DNA of 64,000 nt from Actinomycetales bacterium. Its GTDB lineage: Bacteria > Actinomycetota > Actinomycetes > Actinomycetales > Dermatophilaceae. Under the pieces are notes generated by a model. The model was not told the origin of the DNA. It searched no databases and was given only the letters and a program-made list of their open reading frames with translations. The position numbers were made by a program, and so were the translations under genes. The first letter of the stretch is position 1; each line of letters opens with the position of its first letter. This document shows, one piece after another, positions 1 through 9,018 of the stretch. The stretch is taken from contig JADJTP010000003.1 in NCBI GenBank assembly GCA_016711095.1, forward strand, positions 273,378-337,377, read 5' to 3'.

Positions 1-1537
1 GCCGAGTGATGCCGTCGAGCAACAGGACGACGTCGTGCCCGAGCTCCACGAGGCGCTTGGCGCGCTCGATCGCCAACTCGGCAACCGTGGTGTGGTCGTC
101 GGCGGGCCGGTCGAATGTCGAGGCGATGACCTCGCCGCGGACCGTCCGCTGCATGTCGGTGACTTCTTCGGGCCGTTCGTCGACGAGCACGACCATGAGG
201 TGAACCTCAGGGTTGTTGGTGGTGATCGCGTTGGCGATGGCCTGCAGGATGAGCGTCTTGCCGGCCTTCGGCGGGCTGACGATCAGACCACGCTGGCCCT
301 TACCGATCGGCGACACGAGGTCGACGACCCGGGTCGTGATGATGTTCGAGGCGGTCTCCAGACGCAGGCGCTCCTGCGGATAGAGGGGGGTGAGCTTGCT
401 GAACTCGACCCGGTTGCGGGCCTCGTCTGGGGTCATCCCGTTGACTGTGTCCAGGCGCACCAAGGGGTTGAACTTGGCCCGGTTGGCAGTCTGTGCCAAG
501 CCGGGGTCCCCGTCCGGGACGGCCTTGACCGCCCCAGTCACGGCGTCGCCCTTGCGAAGGCCATGCCGACGGACCAAGCCGAGCGGCACATAGACGTCAC
601 CCGGCCCGGGCAAGTAGCCCGAGGTGCGCACGAAGCCATAGTTGTCCAGCACATCGAGGATGCCGGCCACCGGCACGATGACGTCGTCGTCAGCGATGGG
701 CACGTCCTGCTCGGACAAGTCCTGGCCGCCCGGGAGCATGCCGCCAGGCGTGCGCCCGCGCTTGCGGTCGCGGCTGCGCTGGCGGTTGCGTCGGCGTCCG
801 GACCGGTCGGTGTCGTCGTCGTACCTGTTCTGGCTCTGCTGGCCCGGCTGACGATCCCGGTACTGACCCTGACCGCCCTGCGCGCTTTGCTGCCGGTCCT
901 GCTGGCGGTCCTGCTGGCGCCCTGCGAGCCTTGCTGCCGGTCCTGCTGGCGGTCCCTGCTGGCGCTCGCCCTGCGAGCCTTGCTGGCGCTCGCCCTGCGA
1001 GCTTTGCTGCCGGTCCGGTTGGCGGTCCGGTTGGCGGTCCGGTTGGCGGTCGCCCGGCGAGCTCTGCTGCCGGTCCTGCCGGTCCTGCCGGTCCTGCTGC
1101 CGGTCGGCCGAACGGTTGGGCCGATCCGAGCGAGCATCGCCATCGCTCTGGGCCGACCCTGCACCTTCCCTGGCGGGCTCCGTCACCGCGTCGGCCGGTC
1201 GGCCGTCTGCCGCGGCAGGCCCATCAGCCCGTGCCCGCTCGGCGCCTGCGCCCTGGGCGGCCACGGCCCGTCGGGGGGCACGCCGCGCGGTGCCCGAACC
1301 CGAAGCGGTGGTAACGGGTTCGGTCTTGGCAGCCCCGCTTGCCTCCCCCGGACTGCCTGCGGACCCCTGACCGGCCTGGCGCGAAGCGATGGCGGCGACC
1401 AGGTCGCCTTTGCGCATCTTTGCCGAGCCGGTGATCCCCAGCTGGGTGGCCACGCCCTTGAGCTCGACCAGTTTCAGGCCGCTGAGACCGCCTTGGCCAG
1501 CACGAGTGCCGGTCGCGACCTCGGTGGTGTCTGTCAC
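1..1537 (-). CDS. rho: transcription termination factor Rho (3' end runs off the window start)
   Basis: The minus-strand frame is open from 1537 to the window edge; it is missing from the ORF track because there is no stop in the window. GTG at 1537 follows a GGGGAAGGA RBS. The N-terminus VTDTTEVATGTRAGQGGLSGLKLVELKGVATQLGITGSAKMRKGDLVAAIASRQ is a Rho_N domain. A long R/D/Q-rich insert follows, then LDVLDNYGFVRTSGYLPGPGDVYV and the P-loop SPPKAGKT. Confidence 0.95.
   Translation of the reverse strand, partial: MTDTTEVATGTRAGQGGLSGLKLVELKGVATQLGITGSAKMRKGDLVAAIASRQAGQGSAGSPGEASGAAKTEPVTTASGSGTARRAPRRAVAAQGAGAERARADGPAAADGRPADAVTEPAREGAGSAQSDGDARSDRPNRSADRQQDRQDRQDRQQSSPGDRQPDRQPDRQPDRQQSSQGERQQGSQGERQQGPPAGPAARLAGRQQDRQQDRQQSAQGGQGQYRDRQPGQQSQNRYDDDTDRSGRRRNRQRSRDRKRGRTPGGMLPGGQDLSEQDVPIADDDVIVPVAGILDVLDNYGFVRTSGYLPGPGDVYVPLGLVRRHGLRKGDAVTGAVKAVPDGDPGLAQTANRAKFNPLVRLDTVNGMTPDEARNRVEFSKLTPLYPQERLRLETASNIITTRVVDLVSPIGKGQRGLIVSPPKAGKTLILQAIANAITTNNPEVHLMVVLVDERPEEVTDMQRTVRGEVIASTFDRPADDHTTVAELAIERAKRLVELGHDVVLLLDGITR
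961..1097 (-). repeat. in-frame tandem nucleotide repeats encoding the DRQQ/DRQP/GERQQGSQ low-complexity insert of Rho
   Basis: On the plus strand: 2 x 24 nt GGCGCTCGCCCTGCGAGC(C/T)TTGCT at 961-1008, 3 x 12 nt TCCGGTTGGCGG at 1014-1049, and 3 x 9 nt CGGTCCTGC at 1071-1097. Confidence 0.85.
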
Positions 1538-1730
1538 GAAGGATCCTTCCCCTCGTTCGTCGGCATCCCAAGGGGAGCCGGGTGTGCGGCCGGCGACTGC
1601 CAGCCGGTCAGTGGAAACCCCGACAGCGCGGACGCGACATAGACGTCAAGCGCCTGTCAAGTGGGGTGATGCCCCCGCGCACTTTCGGACTGATCAGCCC
1701 TCCCGCGCGGTGCACGCCCAATGTAACACC

Positions 1731-2705
1731 TCACCGCGCTCGGACATGCACTCCGCGCGCGGGTATACCGGGCACGAGTCGTCGCCACTGCGACTGCTCA
1801 CCGCCCGCGCTCACCTGCTCCACCCGCGCGTTTGTCGTGAGCACCACGACGCTGGGCCCGGCCCCGGAGATCGCGGCAGCATGGCCCTGCGCTCTGAGCC
1901 GGTCGACCAACGCCATCGAAGCGGCATACGAGGAACGCCGAGCCTGCTGGTGTAGCCAGTCGCGGGTGGCCGGCACGAGCAGGTCGGGTCGGCGGGTCGC
2001 CGCCTCCACAAGCAGCGCAGCGCGAGCCGAGTTCAGTGCCGCCTCTCGCAGTGGCACTCGCTCCGGCAGCAACGCCCGAGCCGTGTGGGTGGCCAGAGTC
2101 GCCTCGGGGACGAAGACGACCGCCGCGAGCTCGGGATGCAGCGCCAGCCCGATGGTCACCGTCGAATCGCCGCGCTCGGCGCCGTCATCGTCGGTCCAGG
2201 AGAGCGTCATCCCGCCGAAGACCGTGGCCGAGGCGTTGTCGGGGTGGCCCTCGAGCTCGCTGGCAAGGTCGTTGATCGCCGGGAGATCGATGGCCAGCTC
2301 GTCCCCAGGCCGGGCCGGCGACCCCGCCGCAGCCCGCCGCGACCATGCCCAAAGTCCTTGTGCCGCAGCCACACCCGCGACGATGGCGGTCGCCGACGAT
2401 CCCATACCGCGGCCGTGCGGGACGGCATTGCGGGTCTGCATGACCAGGCCGGCCGGGACGTCCACGCCGAGCTCGCGCAGCCCTCGGACCATCGAGCGAT
2501 AGACCAGGTGCGACTCGTCGCGAGGGACACCGTCGGCCCCGGAGCCCTCCACCTCAACCACCAGACCGGGTTCAGCGACCACGGTGAAATCCAGCTCGTC
2601 CCACACCCCGAGGGCCAGGCCCATCGAATCGAACCCCGGCCCCAGGTTGGCGCTGCTTGCCGAAGCGCCCACCCGGATCGCTGCGCCGACGGGGACCGCG
2701 GGCAC
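1731..2705 (-). CDS. thrB: homoserine kinase
   Basis: Intact 324-aa ORF with a GTG start. It carries the GHMP kinase signatures SSANLGPGFDSMGLAL and PHGRGMGSSATAIVAG and sits between thrC and rho. Confidence 0.93.
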   Translation of the reverse strand: MPAVPVGAAIRVGASASSANLGPGFDSMGLALGVWDELDFTVVAEPGLVVEVEGSGADGVPRDESHLVYRSMVRGLRELGVDVPAGLVMQTRNAVPHGRGMGSSATAIVAGVAAAQGLWAWSRRAAAGSPARPGDELAIDLPAINDLASELEGHPDNASATVFGGMTLSWTDDDGAERGDSTVTIGLALHPELAAVVFVPEATLATHTARALLPERVPLREAALNSARAALLVEAATRRPDLLVPATRDWLHQQARRSSYAASMALVDRLRAQGHAAAISGAGPSVVVLTTNARVEQVSAGGEQSQWRRLVPGIPARGVHVRAR

Positions 2706-2711
2706 GTGAAC

Positions 2712-3816
2712 TCAGCGCTCCATGCCCAGGGCGACGGCGGCGGCATACGCTTCGGCGGCGATCCGCGTCGGCGCGACCTCGGTGCCGTCGGGACGCTTCA
2801 GGGCCCACTGCGGGTCCTTGAGCCCGTGGCCGGTGACGGTGCACACGATGCGAGCCCCCGCCGGGACCTCGCCGGCCTCAGAACACGCGAGCAGGCCCGC
2901 GACCGAGGCCGCCGACCCTGGCTCGACGAACACCCCCTCCTTGGCCGACAACAACCGATGCGCAGCGAGGATTTGCTCGTCGGTCACGGCGTCGATGCGA
3001 CCGCCCGAGTCGTCGCGAGCGGCGACGGCTTGGGCCCATGAGGCCGGGTTGCCGATCCGGATCGCCGTCGCGATCGTCTCGGGCTCGTCGACCGGGTGGC
3101 CCAGGACGATCGGGCCGCCCCGGCGGCCTGGAATCCCCACATGCGGGGCAGTCGCGTCGCCGGCCCACCGGCCCCTGCCGGCCCCGCGGCCCCTGGCGTG
3201 CCCGCGGCATACTCGCGGTAACCCCGCCAATAGGCGGTGATATTGCCCGCGTTGCCGACCGGCAGACAGTGGATGTCCGGCGCGTCGCCGAGGGCATCGA
3301 CGACCTCGAAGGCCGCCGTCTTCTGCCCCTCGATCCGGGCCGGGTTGACCGAGTTGACCAGCTCGACCGGATAGCTCTCGGCGAGTTTGCGCGCGACGGT
3401 CAGGCAGTCGTCGAAGTTGCCCTCGACCTGCAGCAGGGTCGCCCCGTGGGCGATGGCCTGGCTGAGTTTGCCCATGGCGATCTTGCCGTCGGGCACGAGC
3501 ACAGCGCACGCCATGCCGGCCTTGGTCGCGTATGCCGCGGCGCTGGCACTCGTGTTGCCGGTCGAGGCGCAGATCACCGCCTTCGCGCCGTTCGCCGCGG
3601 CGACCGAGATCGCCGTGGTCATCCCCGGTCCTTGAAGGAGCAGGTGGGGTTGAGTCCCTCGTACTTCAGCCAGACCTCTGCGCCCACCCGCTCGGATAGG
3701 TATTCCGCGGCGATGAGTGGGGTGCCGCCCTCCAGCAGAGTGACGACCGGAGCTCCGGCGAGCATCGGCAGCCGGTCGGCGTATTCGGCGATGACCCCGC
3801 GCCATTGGTGAGCCAT
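2712..3816 (-). pseudogene. thrC: threonine synthase, split into three frames as sequenced (two 1-nt indels)
   Basis: N-terminus [17 protein letters not shown]...[16 protein letters not shown] (ORF 3619..3816). It continues as [32 protein letters not shown]... in the frame of ORF 2984..4027, then as [26 protein letters not shown]...ALGMER in the frame of ORF 2712..3509. The junctions are at the C4 run 3623-3626 (FKDRG|MT needs one more base) and the G3 run 3112-3114 (AAGAA|PIVLG). Confidence 0.9.
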
Positions 3817-3818
3817 GA

Positions 3819-5195
3819 TCAGACACCTTCCACACGCATAACGGAGATGACGCCTCGGACGACCGGCAGAGCGGCGAGCGCTTCGACGGTCGCCGCGAGA
3901 GCCGCATCGGTCGCCGAGTGGGTGACGACGACGAGACTCGCTCGTGCAGCGGCACCACCGTGAGGCGGCAACTGCCGCTGGCGGACGGTCTCGATCGAGA
4001 CGTCGTGTGCCGCGAAGGCGGTCGCAATCTGAGCGAGCACTCCCGGACGATCGGCGACGTCGAGACTGATGTGATAGCGGGTCATTGCCTGGCCCATGTC
4101 GAGTAGGGGCAGGTCGGCGTAAGCGCTCTCGCCGGGCCCGCGCCCGCCGCCGACCTTGTGCCTGGCCACCGCGACGACATCGCCGAGCACGGCGCTTGCT
4201 GTCGGGTCGCCACCGGCTCCCCTGCCGTAGAACATCAGCTGTCCGGCTGCGTCGGCCTCGACGAAGACGGCGTTGAACGCCTCACGGACACTGGCCAGCG
4301 GGTGGCTGCGGGGATCATCGCGGGGTGCACCCGCACCGAGACCCCAGCCGGAGTGCTTCCCGCACCGTCGGACCGTTCGCAGATGGCGAGCAGTTTCACG
4401 ACGCAGTCCATGTCCTTGGCAGCCTGGATATCGGCGGCACTCACCTCGGTGATGCCCTCGCGGTGCACGTCGCGACCCGAGACCCGGGTGTGGAACGCGA
4501 GGCTCGCCAGGATCGCGGCCTTCGCCGCAGCGTCGAACCCCTCGACATCGGCGGTCGGGTCGGCCTCGGCATAGCCGAGGGCCTGGGCCTGGCTGACCGC
4601 ATCGGCGAAGCCCGAGCCGGTCGTGTCCATTTTGTCCAGGACATAGTTGGTCGTCCCGTTGACGATGCCCATGACCTTGCGGACGCTGTCACCGGCGAGA
4701 GACTCGCGCAGCGGGCGCAGCAGTGGGATGGCGCCGGCGACCGCCGCCTCGAAGTAGAGGTCGACTCCGCCCTCGCGCGCCGCGGCATACAGGGGTGGGG
4801 CCGTCCTCGGCGAGCAGCGCCTTGTTGGCGGTGACAACCGAGGCGCCGGCCCGCATGGCCGCCAGGATCAAGGTCCGGGCCGGTTCGATGCCCCCGATGA
4901 CCTCGATGACGACGTCGACCTGGGTGACAAGAGCAGCCGAGTCGGTGGTGAACAGAGCCGGGTCGACGCCGGCCGCCGCGCGATCGCGACCGGCGCGGCG
5001 CACGCCGATGCCCACGAGGTGCAGGGGCCTGCCGACCCGCGCTGCCAGGTCGTCGGCGTGCTCGGTGAGCAGCCGAGCCACGGCCGAGCCCACGACCCCG
5101 CAGCCGAGCAGGCCCACCCGAATCGGCCCGTCGGCGTCGCGCTCGGGCGGCGCGGACCGCTCGGCACGGACGGATTCAGAAACGTCGGTCACCAC
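3819..5195 (-). pseudogene. hom: homoserine dehydrogenase, split into three frames as sequenced
   Basis: N-terminus IRVGLLGCGVVGSAVARLL...ANKALLAEDGP (ORF 4689..5195), then LYAAAREGGVDLYFEAAVAGAIPLL...VRVHPAMIP (ORF 4235..4837), then the ACT-domain end [21 protein letters not shown]...RVEGV (ORF 3819..4235). The junctions are at the G4 runs 4792-4795 and 4310-4313. Confidence 0.9.
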
Positions 5196-5218
5196 GACAC
5201 ACCATCATCGTGCATCGC

Positions 5219-6636
5219 TCACACGTCCAATGCCAGCAGGTCCTCGACCGTCTCACGGCGGACGATGATGCGGGCCTCCCCGTCCCGCACCGCGACGACG
5301 GGTGGGCGGGGGTGTGGTTGTACTGGCTGGACAGCGCGCGACAGTAGGCCCCCGTGCCAGGCACTGCGAGCAGGTCCCCCGGGCCGACGTCACCGGGCAG
5401 GAACTCGTCCTTGACGACGATGTCCCCGCTCTCGCAGTGCTTGCCGACGACTCGGGAGAGGGCTGGCCGCGCGGTCGAAGACCGGCTGGCCAGAGTGCAC
5501 GAGAAGTCGGCGTCATAGAGGGCCGTGCGCACGTTGTCGCTCATCCCGCCGTCAACCGACACATAGGCACGGCGGGCCCCCCCGTCGAGCATGACCTGCT
5601 TGACCGTGCCCACCTCGTACAGCGTGAACGTGCTTGGGCCGGCGATGGCTCGGCCCGGCTCGATGGAGATGCGGGGCACCGCAACTCCCCCGGATCGGCA
5701 CTCGCGCTCGACGATCTCGGCCATGTCGGCGGCGAGTTGGGTGGGGAGCAACGGGGCGTGTTCGGAGGTATAGGCGATGCCGAAGCCGCCCCCCAGGTCG
5801 AGCTCGGGCAGCTCGATGCCGTGCTCACGAGCGATCTGCGCATGCAGGCGGAGCACCCGACGAGCCGACACTTCGAAGCCCGAGGTGTCGAAGATCTGCG
5901 ATCCGATGTGGCTGTGCAGGCCGAGCAGCCGCAAATGTGGGGCGTGCGCAAGGATCCGCCGCACGGCCTCGGCGGCCTCCCCCGACGCAAGCGAGAAGCC
6001 GAATTTCTGGTCTTCGTGCGCAGTCGCTATGAACTCGTGGGTGTGGGCTTCGACCCCGACGGTGACCCGCACGAGCACGGGTGCGGTCCGGCCCCGTTCA
6101 GCGGCAATGCCGGCCAGCCGGTCGATCTCCTCGACCGAGTCGACGATGATCCTTCCGACCCCGTGATCGACGGCGGCGGTGAGCTCCCGGACGCTCTTGT
6201 TGTTGCCGTGCATACCGATTCGAGCCCCAGGCATCCCGGCGCGGATGGCGACGGCGAGCTCCCCGCCGGAGCACACGTCGAGGAACAGGCCGTCGTCACG
6301 GATCCACCGGGCGATCTCCGTGCACAGGAACGCCTTGCCCGCGTAGTAGACGTCAGCGCCGCCGCACAGCCCGTCGAACATCTCCTGATAGGTATGCATG
6401 AAGTCCTTGGCGCGGGCCCGGAAGTCGGCCTCATCGACGACATAGGCCGGCGTCCCGAATCGCCGAGCGAGCTCGGTCACCGACACCCCGGCGACGCTGA
6501 GCACCCCGTCCCAGGACCGCCCGACGCTGGTGGACCAGAGCGAGGGATGCAGGGCGTTGACGTCTTCAGGCTGCTGCAGCCACGTCGGCCCGCGATAGCC
6601 GTCGGCGTGCAGAGCACCGGCTTCGTGTGCGCGCAT
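5219..6636 (-). CDS. lysA: diaminopimelate decarboxylase; the last ~30 codons are shifted by a 1-nt indel, so the track ORF runs on to 5176
   Basis: A 486-aa ORF with [26 protein letters not shown] and [13 protein letters not shown]. After the G5 run at 5308-5312 the conserved end [29 protein letters not shown] is read in the adjacent frame, with its stop at 5219-5221. Confidence 0.92.
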
Positions 6637-6639
6637 GCC

Positions 6640-7359
6640 TCACATCCTCTCGGGGGCAGACACCCCAAGCAGGGCCATTCCACGCTCCAAGACGCGCAGT
6701 CCGGCCTGCGATATCAGGACGCGGGTGCGATGGTACGGCTGCACCAGCGCACCGGGGCGGGTCGGGATCGCTGGACAGCTCTGCTCCCACGGCAGGTATG
6801 CCGCGGCGACCGCCGCCAGCGCGCCCACAACACCTGATGCCCGAACCGGGGCATCGAGCCGTCTGGGGGCATCGAGCAATTCGACGACGAGCGCCTGCTC
6901 GAGCGGGTCGGTCAGCCCCGCCGCGACATCCTCGTCCGTGGCCGAGGCCGCATCGAGGCCCAGAGCCCCCGCCTGCCCTGCCAGCCGGACGGCCCGCGCA
7001 TGCCCGAGGCCCGCCGCCGCCCCCCACGCCGACGACGGATCAAGCGGGCCGAGCTCGCCGGCGGGCTTTGGCGGCATACCGGCTCCCAATGCGAGCTCGC
7101 GCAGCGCTGCGGCCACCGCGGCCACGCTCAGGCGTAACTCAAGCAACCCATCCTGTCGGGCAGTCGCCGTGGCGCACCACGGGTGACCCGCGATCCGGTC
7201 GGCGAGCGCGGGTGGGTGAACACCGGCGCGCATCGCCTGTGCACTCACCCAGACCCAGGGAGCTCGGTCGGTGCGCTCCAACGGCGCCGGGGTGCCAGGG
7301 CGGCCACCCAGGGATGCCGCCGCGTCATCGATGGCGTTGGCGATGTCGCGGAGACTCAC
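6640..7359 (-). CDS. ArgS-like protein lacking the catalytic core (ArgS N-terminal-like region plus DALR anticodon-binding domain)
   Basis: About 239 aa from GTG 7359, which overlaps the upstream stop as GTGA. The C-terminus ...LISQAGLRVLERGMALLGVSAPERM matches the near-universal ArgS end. The N-terminal part LERTDRAPWVWVSAQAMRAGVHPPALADRIAGH...LLELRLS resembles the ArgS Add-1 domain. I see no HIGH or KMSK motif, and the protein is less than half the ArgS length. The stop lies 3 nt before the lysA ATG. Confidence 0.75.
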   Translation of the reverse strand: MSLRDIANAIDDAAASLGGRPGTPAPLERTDRAPWVWVSAQAMRAGVHPPALADRIAGHPWCATATARQDGLLELRLSVAAVAAALRELALGAGMPPKPAGELGPLDPSSAWGAAAGLGHARAVRLAGQAGALGLDAASATDEDVAAGLTDPLEQALVVELLDAPRRLDAPVRASGVVGALAAVAAAYLPWEQSCPAIPTRPGALVQPYHRTRVLISQAGLRVLERGMALLGVSAPERM

Positions 7360-7757
7360 CGCATCGGCGAGACGAAGGACCGGCCCTCGCGAACGAACCC
7401 GTCGATGAGCTCGACGAGGACGTCGGGGTCGAAAGGTTTCTGCACGCACGCGTCGATGCCCCGAGCCTGCATCGCCGAGATGTCCTCGAAGACCGTGATC
7501 GCGGTTGCCATGACGATGGGGATGACGTCCAGCGACGGCATCGACCGGATCCGTTCCAGCGCCCACCACCCGTCCCGCGGCGACATCTGCGCATCCAGAA
7601 CGATGGCCCCCGGCAGCCGGCCCGAGCCATGCAAGCCCTGCAGCACGAGCAACGCGGCTGCGCCGTCGCACGCTTCGATGACCTCAAAGCCTTCGAGCTC
7701 AAGATTGATGCGCAGCAACCGTCGGATAGACATGGTGTCGTCGCAGACGAGAACCAT
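7356..7757 (-). CDS. single-domain response regulator (CheY-like receiver only)
   Basis: 133 aa from ATG 7757, preceded by a GGGGAGAAG RBS. MVLVCDDTMSIRRLL carries the acidic pocket DD, VLDAQMSPRDG the phospho-acceptor Asp, IVMATA the conserved Thr and VQKPF the conserved Lys. There is no output domain. The longer track ORF (to 7964) runs through the tRNA gene and is rejected. Confidence 0.85.
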   Translation of the reverse strand: MVLVCDDTMSIRRLLRINLELEGFEVIEACDGAAALLVLQGLHGSGRLPGAIVLDAQMSPRDGWWALERIRSMPSLDVIPIVMATAITVFEDISAMQARGIDACVQKPFDPDVLVELIDGFVREGRSFVSPMR

Positions 7758-7889
7758 CTTCTCCCCATGAACCGGTGCCCCCACCGTGGGTTCCACGATG
7801 TGAAGCCTAGGCTGATACCCTCCTGCAGGCACGACAAACTGGCAGATCGACGCGTCGGGAGTCCACATCGTGGACCTCATCGTCGCTCG

Positions 7890-7963
7890 GCCCCCGTAGC
7901 TCAGGGGATAGAGCACCGCCCTCCGGAGGCGGTGGCGCAGGTTCGAATCCTGCCGGGGCACCA
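7890..7963 (+). tRNA. tRNA-Arg (anticodon CCG)
   Basis: Cloverleaf read by eye. Acceptor 5' arm GCCCCCG, D arm GCTC/GAGC, anticodon stem CCGCC/GGCGG with loop CTCCGGA (CCG at 7923-7925), T arm GCAGG-TTCGAAT-CCTGC, and an encoded CCA. The 3' acceptor strand has GGGG where GGGGG is needed for full pairing, which suggests another run-length error. Confidence 0.85.
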
Positions 7964-7988
7964 AGCCACAGATGCCCGACCAGCGGCC

Positions 7989-9018
7989 TCAGCGTTGTTC
8001 CGCGTCGGTGATCGTGCCGACGAGCTCCTCGATCACATCCTCGAGGAAGACCACACCGCTCACCCGGCCGTCCTGCTCCACGACCCGCGCCAGGTGCGAG
8101 CCGGTGCGTTGCATGGTCGCCAACACGTCCTCGATCTCGTCACCGGGACCGACAGTGGCCAGTCGGCGTAGCCGTTTGCGCGGCACTTTCGCCGTCCGTC
8201 GCTCGGAGTCCGCGGCATACAGGACGTCCTTCAGGTGCAGGTAGCCGGCGATCTGGCCGTCCTTGTCGACGAACGGATAGCGGGAGAAGCCGGTCTGGGC
8301 GACGAGTCGCTCGACGTCTTCCGGGGTGGCCCCGCGCACGACCGTCACGAGCCGGTCCGTCGGCACGCACGCGCGGCGCGCGCGAGAACTCCAGGGCCGA
8401 ACGCAGCCCCTGGCGGCCTTGGCCGATGAGCCCCCCGACCGCTCCTCGGCCAGGATGTGACCCACCTCGTCCGGCAGTGAATGCCGAGGCGATCTCGTCC
8501 TTCGGCTCGATCCGGAAGATGAGGCGCACCAAGGATTTCAGCCCCTCCATCACCGCGACCAGCGGACGCAACACCCGCGAGACAAACAGCAGCGCGGGCA
8601 CGAGCAGCAGGGCGGAGCGCTCGGGGCCGGCGAGGGCGAGGTTCTTCGGGATCATCTCGCCGACGACGACGTGCAGATATACGACGATGAATAGCGCGCC
8701 GGCCAGGGCCAGGGCATCCACCCACAAGGCACCCAGCGGCAGGAGGCCCGCGATCGGCAGGAGGATCTCGTGCAGGGCGCTCTCGGCCAGCGCCCCGAGC
8801 CCGACCGAACAGACGGTGATGCCGAGCTGGGCCGTCGCGAGCATCGACCCCATCTGTTCGAGGGCGGCCAGGCAGGTCGCGGCCCGTGCGCTGCCGGCTG
8901 CCGCCAACGGCTCCAGGGCCGAGCGGCGCGCGGCCATCGCCGCGAACTCGGCCCCGACGAAGAACGCATTGCCCATGAGCAAGCCGAGCGAGACCCACAG
9001 CGCCGTGGTGTGACTCAT
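7989..9018 (-). pseudogene. DUF21/CBS-pair (TlyC/CNNM-type 'hemolysin family') membrane protein, about 3 frameshifts as sequenced
   Basis: N-terminus MSHTTALWVSLGLLMGNAFFVGAEFAAMAARRSALE...GEMIPKNLAL...RIEPKDEIASAFTA. The text then alternates between two frames (EVGHILAEERSGG / LIGQGRQGLRSALEFS / ACVPTDRLVTVVRGATPEDV...VFLEDVIEELVGTITDAEQR). The junctions are near 8470-8475, the C6 run 8431-8436 and about 8370-8385. The ATG overlaps the upstream stop as ATGA. Confidence 0.8.

Noticed and set aside
961-1097. A CRISPR-like or minisatellite array. The same question applies to 48770-48870.
   Set aside because: The repeats are contiguous, with no spacers, and are in frame. They encode low-complexity protein tails (the Rho insert and the acidic kinase tail). 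No cas genes are present.
35-1642. A 535-aa plus-strand ORF covering the rho locus.
   Set aside because: It is antisense to an unmistakable Rho coding frame. Its product is R/G/P/A-rich with no recognisable motif. This is a typical shadow ORF of a 70% GC genome.
1538-1730. A promoter or attenuator in the rho leader, based on TTGACA and TATGTC-like hexamers on the minus strand.
   Set aside because: The spacing is 13 nt, which is too short, and there is no clear alternative pairing. I cannot support a promoter or attenuator from sequence alone.
7758-7989. A genomic island or integrated element at tRNA-Arg.
   Set aside because: There is no integrase, no direct repeat of the tRNA 3' end and no compositional break. 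Conserved core genes flank the tRNA on both sides.
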